Assembly (NCBI GenBank): GCA_025558095.1
Contig: JAIVFI010000036.1
Span: 62,001 to 126,000 of the forward strand
Source: Hyaloraphidium curvatum SAG 235-1
Lineage: Eukaryota > Fungi > Monoblepharomycota
Direction of reading: 5' to 3'
Length of the DNA stretch: 64,000 bases
Part shown: positions 57,116 to 64,000 of the stretch, in pieces
How the letters are laid out: each line of letters opens with the position of its first letter
Numbering within the stretch: position 1 is the first letter of the stretch
Translations under genes and position numbers: made by a program
The notes under the pieces: model-generated
Database searches by the model: none
Told to the model about the DNA's origin: nothing
What the model saw: only the letters and a program-made list of their open reading frames with translations

Positions 57116-57928
57116 GGCAAATGGAAGAAGAAGGCTCGGGCATGCAATGAGGGCATGTCTGGCTGCTGAGCAAGGAATGAGCCGACCGAACACATCCCTA
57201 CAGCGCGGTCCTCCGGTAGCATTGGAAGCCAATCATGTAATCATCAAACGTGCAGCTGATAAGGCCCATGGAAGCGGTCGGCAAAGGCCGGAGGGGTATA
57301 GTGGTGATCTCGTGGTTCGCCCGTCCCGCGTACTCAACAGTTGAATGAGACGGGTGGGGCAACGGCCGTAGATACTGGCGTAGAACGAGACCGTGGGGGC
57401 AAGCCATCGCAAAGGGAGACAGAGAAGTAGCAGCAGAGCGTGAAATGGGATCGTTAGGGTCCACCTGACGGGTCCACTTCCGCCCATCACTGTTCTCTTG
57501 CGGCTCCGCTGGCCCCGCGCCCGCCTGGAATGCGAAACGGGGCCCGATTCCAGAGGAACTCGGCGTAGCCGAAGCATAGGTGGGCCCGTGCCTGGCCGTA
57601 GCCTGGACTCCTGGCGGCGCGATTCGGTGCGGCACGCGATGCCCATGCGGCCGCACTAGCCGCCCGGGCGCATAGCTCGGAATGTTCCGGGGTCCGTAAT
57701 GAATTGCCGCGTGAAACGTCGGCCTTTCATAGTTGACATGTTCGTCTTTGCCGACTGTAGCGTATCTGGATTTTGAAGGACCCGAATCGTCTCTCGCCGC
57801 GCGAATCGGTGCAAAGCGGGTCAGCCAGGCGGGCGGGGTGGGTGGCCGGTGGTGGAATTGCACCGCAAGTCAGCTGATCGCCTCCATACGGCCACGACAG
57901 TCTCACAAGCGCCCCGGCGCCTCCCGCG

Positions 57929-58831
57929 ATGCACACGCGCCTGATCATTATCGCCAGCACTGCCGTGCTACTGTCAGCCCTTCTTGGCGCGGCCGGGAGG
58001 TTGGGCCGCGGCTGCGATCCATTTGCGATGCCATGCTGAAGGAATGCCTCCCACGCGCAGCCCCGTCGAGACCGGCGCCGCATCGGCCGTTTTCAAGCGC
58101 TCCTGCGGCGAGTGTGTCGCAACTTCACAGTTCTGGTTCGCGCTCCTGCCGCGGTCCGTCTTCAGCCGATGGTTGATCATCACGCCGTCCTTCCCGACAC
58201 GCTCTACAGCGAGTTCACCTACCCCGGAGCCCCCGAAGGCCACGTAGCATGCGTCACATATAGTTCCTACCGCGAACTGTACCGCCGCTACGCGCCACCC
58301 CAACCGCCGGCCGCCGTCCTGGGGCAGCCCGACCTCCAGGCAGTGATCACCAACGGCGCGACCCTGTCGAGTAACGGCGAGAGAGTCGTGGCCGGCAGCT
58401 TCCAGACCCCTGCCAGCGGCAGGCTCAGGGTCGTTTCCGTCTCGATCATCGTCGGGATGGATTCGGCGGCCGGCCCTTCGCACACCGTGACCGGCCGTGG
58501 CTTCATCTCCCCCATCGGCGGCGGCACCCCTTCCATCGTCGGGGCCCTGACGACCTTCCCCCTATCGTTCACGGGCAGCGGGCCCAGCGTCTACACTCTG
58601 GAGGCGAGCCCCCCGATCACCCTTGATCCGTCGACGTCGTACTGGATGGGGGTGGATTTCGACGACACCACCTATGCGGCCTATTTCTACCAGGGCACAG
58701 CCGATCCGGCCGGACTCAACGATTCCGGCTACTCCTTCACCGGGTGCAGGGTATCGACCAACGGAGGATCGTCGTGGTCCAATTTTGGCACAACCTTCTG
58801 CCGCGTCGGGTTCCAGCTCCTCGCCGTCTGA
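57929..58831 (+). CDS. Hypothetical secreted beta-rich protein; multi-exon
   Basis: Signal-peptide-like MHTRLIIIASTAVLLSALLGA; PITLDPSTSYWMGV and STNGGSSW motifs typical of extracellular beta-sandwich domains. Confidence 0.55.
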
Positions 58832-59239
58832 ATGAGGTGCTGCTGAGGAGCTACATGGTGCATCAATAGCAGTTTTGTGGCGCTTCGTTGACTTGACGAG
58901 GTGAATTGGGCGAGTCTTGTATATCTATCTTGCCGTTGGGGTCGACCACTTGTGAGACAACCAGAGTTGGGGGACGACTGAATCCCGCGAGAGCTCTACG
59001 CGTGAATATAGTCTCTTTCTCTTATTCGATGGAATGAAATTGCTGCTATCGTTCGGTCCCTGCCGCCTCTCATGTCGACTCTCTCGCCCCCAGCCAGGGC
59101 TTGCGTCACAGCGCGCAGGCGCCGGTCCCCAAACACAGTCGCCCTCCGAGAATCGCAACGCCGGACAAAGGTTTCGGCACGCTCGCTCACGGGCCTTTCT
59201 CCGCCTGTCCCCCCGGCCGGTTTTTGGAGCTGTGCCAGC

Positions 59240-60100
59240 ATGCCCGGAGGTAGAGGTCGCATGGCGCCGGGCGCCAGCTCTGCCCCCCGCAGAAAGTCCG
59301 CGCCGCCAAAGAAGCCGACCGACTACCCTCCTGCGGAACGCAAAGTTCTGGTATTTGCCGACGTCCGCCCTCCGGCCGCCGCCGACGCCGTCGCTGAGGT
59401 CTTCCTGTTCCCAATACGGGTCTATGGGAGCCTCCTCCGCTCGCTGCTGGGCATGGGATCGAATTCGAACGTTTCTCTTCCCGCGGGCTCCTTGGTCGTC
59501 ACAAACCCTGCCGCCACCTCGGCATTCAAGTTCCCCCCCGGCCACCCCGTGATGAGCAACGCGTACGTGCTGCATCCGCTTTCGAAGGACCGGTACATTC
59601 CGGCCGCCGCGTTCCACAGGGCCTTATTCGAGGAGAAGGTCTCGGAACTCATCACGCTGCTCGCGGCGCTCGGAGCTACCCGGGTCAGGGTGGCCGCGAA
59701 GCAGGGGTACAACAGCGCTGGCGGAATCAGCATCGGCATCTCCACGCCAAGAGGAGACCCTGCTGCCGGACAGCAAACCAAAAGCTCGAATTCGTCTTTG
59801 GCCATCTTCGAGGAGAGGTTCACTCCAAAGGGCTCGGCCAAGGTGCCTTCGAAGCTCTTGTGGTTCGAACACGAGCCGACGTGGAAGCACCTGGCCCAGC
59901 GGAGGATGAAGTACAAAACGACGACCTTCCAGGCCGAGCTCCGGTACGAGGACAGCTACGGGATCGACCGTAACCTGAAGGCGGGACTGAAAGGATTCGG
60001 GATCGAGTTTGGGCAGAACTTCACCGACTTCCAAACCACGGTATGGGAGTTCGAAGGAGAGTTTTCGGAACTGAAGAAGGAGGACTGCACCGTGATGTGA
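59240..60100 (+). CDS. Uncharacterised globular protein with C-terminal CAAX box; intronless
   Basis: FPPGHP, YVLHPL, FEEKVSELITLLAALGA, LLWFEHEPTW, WEFEGEF; ends CTVM*. Confidence 0.7.
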   Translation: MPGGRGRMAPGASSAPRRKSAPPKKPTDYPPAERKVLVFADVRPPAAADAVAEVFLFPIRVYGSLLRSLLGMGSNSNVSLPAGSLVVTNPAATSAFKFPPGHPVMSNAYVLHPLSKDRYIPAAAFHRALFEEKVSELITLLAALGATRVRVAAKQGYNSAGGISIGISTPRGDPAAGQQTKSSNSSLAIFEERFTPKGSAKVPSKLLWFEHEPTWKHLAQRRMKYKTTTFQAELRYEDSYGIDRNLKAGLKGFGIEFGQNFTDFQTTVWEFEGEFSELKKEDCTVM

Positions 60101-60126
60101 CACTGTCTGTTTCAATGGGCATGGAA

Positions 60127-61143
60127 TCACATCTTGGCCTCCTTCTTCGCCGCGACATCCTCCCTCGCCTTGGCATACCGGTCGTAGAACGACTGGTCAT
60201 ACATCTCCAACGGCGTCCGCCGCACCTCGGCGTCCAGCCACTCCGCGTCCTCGCCCACCAGGATTCTCCAATCCCCGCGCCGCACGCCGTTGAGGATAAT
60301 GGCAGCGGCCTGGTCCGGCGTCAGCCCCGACTTCTCAAAGTCCTCCATGGTCTTCTTGGAAACCCTGTTGCCGTACGCCTTGGCGGTGTTCTCGACGATC
60401 CTGGTGCCCACGTGGCCGGGCATGACGATCGCGGCCTTGACGTGCGGAGCGTTGATGCGGAAGTCCACGATCAGCGCCTCGGTGAACGCCTTCACGGCTG
60501 CCTTGGCCGCGCTGTAGCTCGTATGCGGAAAGATATCGTGGCCGTGGGAATGGTAGATGGCGTTGATCGAGGCCGTGTTGATTATGCGCCCGGCGGGGGA
60601 GGCGACGACCAGGGGGAGGAAGGTGCGGCACCCATAGTAGACGCCGTACCAATTGACGGCAAAGGTCCGTTCCCATTGCTCGCGCGAGGTCTTGTCCGTG
60701 AAGAAGCTGGTCGGCGGAGATCCCGCGGGAGACAGTCCATTCACGTTTCGCCAGCACATCGTGGACACCGAGAACCGTGGTCAGAAGACTTCGGACCCTC
60801 GAGACAACGATGCCGCCCACCTCCAACCCGCAGCAACACCCGCATTGTTGAAAATCAGGTCCACCTTGGACGCACGGTGCTTCGACACCACCTCGTCCCG
60901 AAACCTCTGCCAATCGCTCTCCTTCGCGACATCGCAGCCGTGTCCCGTCACGAGCACCCCATTCGGCGCGACCTCCATGGCTGCCTTCGCCGTTGCCTCG
61001 GCCGCAGCGGGGTCCAGGTCGCACGTGGCGACGGAGCATCCGTCCCGCGCGAGGGCGAGGACCAGGGAGCGACCCATCCCCGAAGCACCGCCGGTAACCA
61101 CCGCGAGCTTGCCGGAGAACGAGTACGGGGCCGGGGAAGACAT
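60127..61143 (-). CDS. Short-chain dehydrogenase/reductase; multi-exon
   Basis: VVTGGASGMG, FNNAGV, NTAS, YSAAK; ends AKM* (PTS1-like). Confidence 0.92.
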
Positions 61144-61335
61144 GGCGGTACGCGATTGCGTCCGTGGGTGACAGGAAGAGCTCCCGGATTTGCCGCCGGT
61201 GCTCTCGCTTTTGATACAGCCGCCCGAACCGAAGTGACCTGTTCGAGCGCGGCGGTTCGACCGAAGAAAGCCTGAAAGCGGACGACGCAGTCGAAAGAGC
61301 TTGTCGGAACGCGCTTGAGGGGACCCCGCGGGATA

Positions 61336-62376
61336 ATGGAGGCGGCGAGCGACTCGGCCGGCGGACACGAACTCGACCCGCCCCCGGAAGTCGTCCTCGA
61401 GCCGCCGGGCCTGACGCGTCGGATCCCTCTCCTGCCGCACCAGATGACGGAGCGGATTACGCCCGCCGCGGATCTCTTCGTGCTCGCGCACCTGGGGGTC
61501 GCCCGCGCTGTGTCGCCGGAGTCGTGGACGCTCGACGTCGTTGGACTTGTTTCCAAACACCTACGGCTTTCCGTCGGGGAACTGAATGAAATGCCGAGGA
61601 CCCGCATCGAGGCCGTGCATCAGTGCGCCGGTTCTCCGCTCGAACCGACAGTGCCGACCCGCCGCGTCGCGTGCGTGGTATGGGAAGGCGTGCTGCTTTC
61701 CCGCGTCCTGGAACTCGCAGGAGCGCACGCCTCCGCGACGTACATCTGGGCAGATGGTGCCGACGCCGGCGAGTTCGTCCTCCCCGGCGAAGCCGCGCCT
61801 CGCCGCGTGCCCTGTTTCCGCAAGGACATCCCGATCTCCCGCCTTCCGGAGGACGTCCTGCTGGCCCTGTCGCTGAACGGGGCCCCGCTCCCGTCGCGGC
61901 ACGGCGGGCCGCTGAGGCTCGTGGTGCCGGGGTTCTACGGCACGTGTTCGGTCAAGTGGCTCACGAGGCTGACGCTCGCCGACCGGCGCGCGGACGGGCT
62001 GTTTGCCGCGGAGCTGTACAACGATCCTGTGCCGGGGGGTCGGAAGCCGGTGTGGAACCTGGCGCCGGAGGCGATCGTCGTGTCGCCGGCGCCGGGGGCG
62101 GTGGTCGGGCGCAGGACGCGCGTCAGCGGGTGGGCTTGGTCCGACTCGCCGGTCGTTCGGGTCGAGATCAGCAGCTCAGATGGGCGTGAATGGGCGGACG
62201 TGGAGCTTGAGCCTAGGAGGGAGCGGGAATGGCAGGCGTGGAGCGCCCTCCTCGACCTCGATCCGGGGGAGGTTCGGCTGATGGTCCGAGCGACGGACAA
62301 CTTGGGGAACGGGCAGCCGCTGGAGGGACAGCGGAATGCGGTGCACTCGGTCCAGGTGCTGGTGGAGGATCGATGA
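61336..62376 (+). CDS. Sulfite-oxidase-family molybdopterin oxidoreductase (no heme domain); intronless
   Basis: FVLAH, HQCAG, WEGVLL, LNGAPLPSRHGGPLRLVVPGFYGTCSVKWL, VRATD..GNGQP. Confidence 0.9.
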   Translation: MEAASDSAGGHELDPPPEVVLEPPGLTRRIPLLPHQMTERITPAADLFVLAHLGVARAVSPESWTLDVVGLVSKHLRLSVGELNEMPRTRIEAVHQCAGSPLEPTVPTRRVACVVWEGVLLSRVLELAGAHASATYIWADGADAGEFVLPGEAAPRRVPCFRKDIPISRLPEDVLLALSLNGAPLPSRHGGPLRLVVPGFYGTCSVKWLTRLTLADRRADGLFAAELYNDPVPGGRKPVWNLAPEAIVVSPAPGAVVGRRTRVSGWAWSDSPVVRVEISSSDGREWADVELEPRREREWQAWSALLDLDPGEVRLMVRATDNLGNGQPLEGQRNAVHSVQVLVEDR

Positions 62377-62571
62377 AATGCTTTCGGCGCCTGCTATAGA
62401 GGTCTGACAGCGTTCAGGCGTGGGAGACGACCGTGGCGCTCAAGGGTCCGGCGGAGTCTATCCGTGTCTTTCCGTGGCGCTCTCCAAACCTCACCCTCCT
62501 GCACCTTCAAAAGACCTCATTGACCGGCGAATCGCGAATCGCGTTCCGAGCCGCCTCTTTCCACTGCCAGC

Positions 62572-63176
62572 ATGAAAGTCTCCACGACCTGCTTCTGCAA
62601 ATCGTGGGCACCCGCTCGGAGCGCGGCGCGGGCAACGCTCACGCGGGGCGATTCGCAGGGTTTCCGTGACGGCGGACGGCGACCCGGCTCTCATGTTCTA
62701 CTGCTGGTGCAATTCGTGCTCCAAGGCGCGTGGAGCGCGTCGGAGGTGGCGCGCGGCGGTAACGTCTCCAATGGCAGGCTTCGAGCGGCACTTTTGCGAC
62801 AATGGCCCTCTTTCCCCAAGAGGCCGTCACCATCGAAGGTCCGTCTTCTGCACGACTCCCGTCCCGACTGCATTGACACCACCGCTCCGCAGGACCCGTC
62901 GAAGAATCCAAAGTCACTGACCGCCCGACGGGCAACACGCGCCTCTCGTGCGCCAGATGCCACGCCCGCGTCTCGGCGAAGCCCATGAACGACATGCCGA
63001 TGCGCGTTGTGTTCCCCATTTTGACCGTGGGCGACGGGTCGTGGTTCAAGCCCGAGATGCACGTGTTCTGCGAGGACGCGCCGCCGTGGGCCAAGCCGAC
63101 GGATTTCAAGGACGGGCTGCCAAAGTTTGCGGACCTGCCGAAGGCGTTCGGGGGGACGGACAAGCTCATGGAGTGA
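62572..63176 (+). CDS. GFA/CENP-V (Mss4-like) Zn-binding protein; multi-exon
   Basis: TCFC, FYC.C..C, RHFC..C, FKPEMHVF, DGLPKF. Confidence 0.75.
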
Positions 63177-63376
63177 AACGGAGTTCGGAGACTGGGACAG
63201 TTTGCTCCGCAGGGTCGACGACGAGAACCCGGGAAGCTGGCGATGTGTAGCATCGGGCGCATGGGGAGCAACGAATCGTGTTCGCCGCGGTCAGAACCGA
63301 TACCCGCTCAGGGGCCGTACAAGGTTCTTGAGGAACCAGTTCTCCCACCTGTCGGCGACGGTCCGTCAGCCACGAA

Positions 63377-64000
63377 TCACCCCGCCGCCACGGGACCGAC
63401 CCACCTGTAGAGCGCCAGCCACCCCCTCCCGTCGAGCCACGGCCACGCCCTCTCCCCCGAATCCCAGCACCACAGCCACACCCTCGTCCTGCACAGGACC
63501 CTGTACGCTTTGCCCTTCCTGGGCAGCGGGTACCGCGCCATGTAGGCCGCGATGGCGGCCGGGTGCCACTTGTACTGGTGCACCCACGCCTGCACCTCCC
63601 CGCGCTGGTTGACCAGGTCGCCCCACGCGTTCTGCCAGTAGTGCGGGTTCGAGCCGACGGTGGCGCCCATGCCGAGCTCGTTCGAGTGCACGGTGACGTT
63701 GTGCGGGATGAGGCACGTGTAGTACAGGTAGTTGAGGATGCCCTGGTCGTTGCACCCCGTGCGCTCGATCTCGGAGGCCATCATGCCCACCAGGGAGGCG
63801 GCGGCGGCGCGGTAGCCGACCAGCATTCCGGCGCAGATGCGGGGGTACGGCTTGAGGCGGAGCATGGTGCCCGCGCCCCACCAGGGCTCGCCGCAGAGGA
63901 GCCATTGCCGGTGGTGGGAGCAGTCGCCGATGGCGAAGGAGGACCATTCGGTGGAGAGGGCGATGCCGTTCTCCGGGACGGGGTAGTCGAGGAAGGGGTG
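63377..64000 (-). CDS. Partial gene, GT-A glycosyltransferase-like C-terminus
   Basis: HPF..., RICAGMLVG, NDQGILNYL, WVHQY; runs off the window edge. Confidence 0.55.
   Translation of the reverse strand, partial: HPFLDYPVPENGIALSTEWSSFAIGDCSHHRQWLLCGEPWWGAGTMLRLKPYPRICAGMLVGYRAAAASLVGMMASEIERTGCNDQGILNYLYYTCLIPHNVTVHSNELGMGATVGSNPHYWQNAWGDLVNQRGEVQAWVHQYKWHPAAIAAYMARYPLPRKGKAYRVLCRTRVWLWCWDSGERAWPWLDGRGWLALYRWVGPVAAG

Noticed and set aside
57198-57863. 221-aa minus-strand ORF in a gene-poor interval
   Set aside because: No motifs or host-like codon bias evident, so left unannotated.

Overview
GC-rich eukaryotic genomic DNA with densely packed genes and short (~50-65 nt) GT-AG introns. A chitin deacetylase, a Clr2-like gene and ATG10 suggest a fungus, probably an early-diverging, chytrid-like one (inference). 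The window holds about 35 host genes: trypsin-like protease, several F-box/BTB/RING proteins, AMACR, SNU13, DUF2461, Clr2-like, MFS, adenosine deaminase, ATG10, B-lectin, lysyl oxidase and others. The main result is a ~8.6 kb element (~36898-45539) between ATG10 and a divergent host gene. The ORF track shows it as unrelated fragments, but eight canonical, frame-preserving introns join them into one ~2,710-aa gene. That gene has an N-terminal IS630/Tc1-type DDE transposase (DD56E), central zinc fingers, and a C-terminal Fanzor1/TnpB-type RNA-guided RuvC nuclease with all three catalytic residues and the CxxC...CxxC Zn ribbon. It is followed by a structured candidate omega-RNA and an imperfect terminal inverted repeat. 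A separate 1.12 kb non-autonomous TIR element with a 5-bp TSD lies at 3082-4201. All splice models and domain calls were made by eye and need RNA-seq/HMM confirmation.
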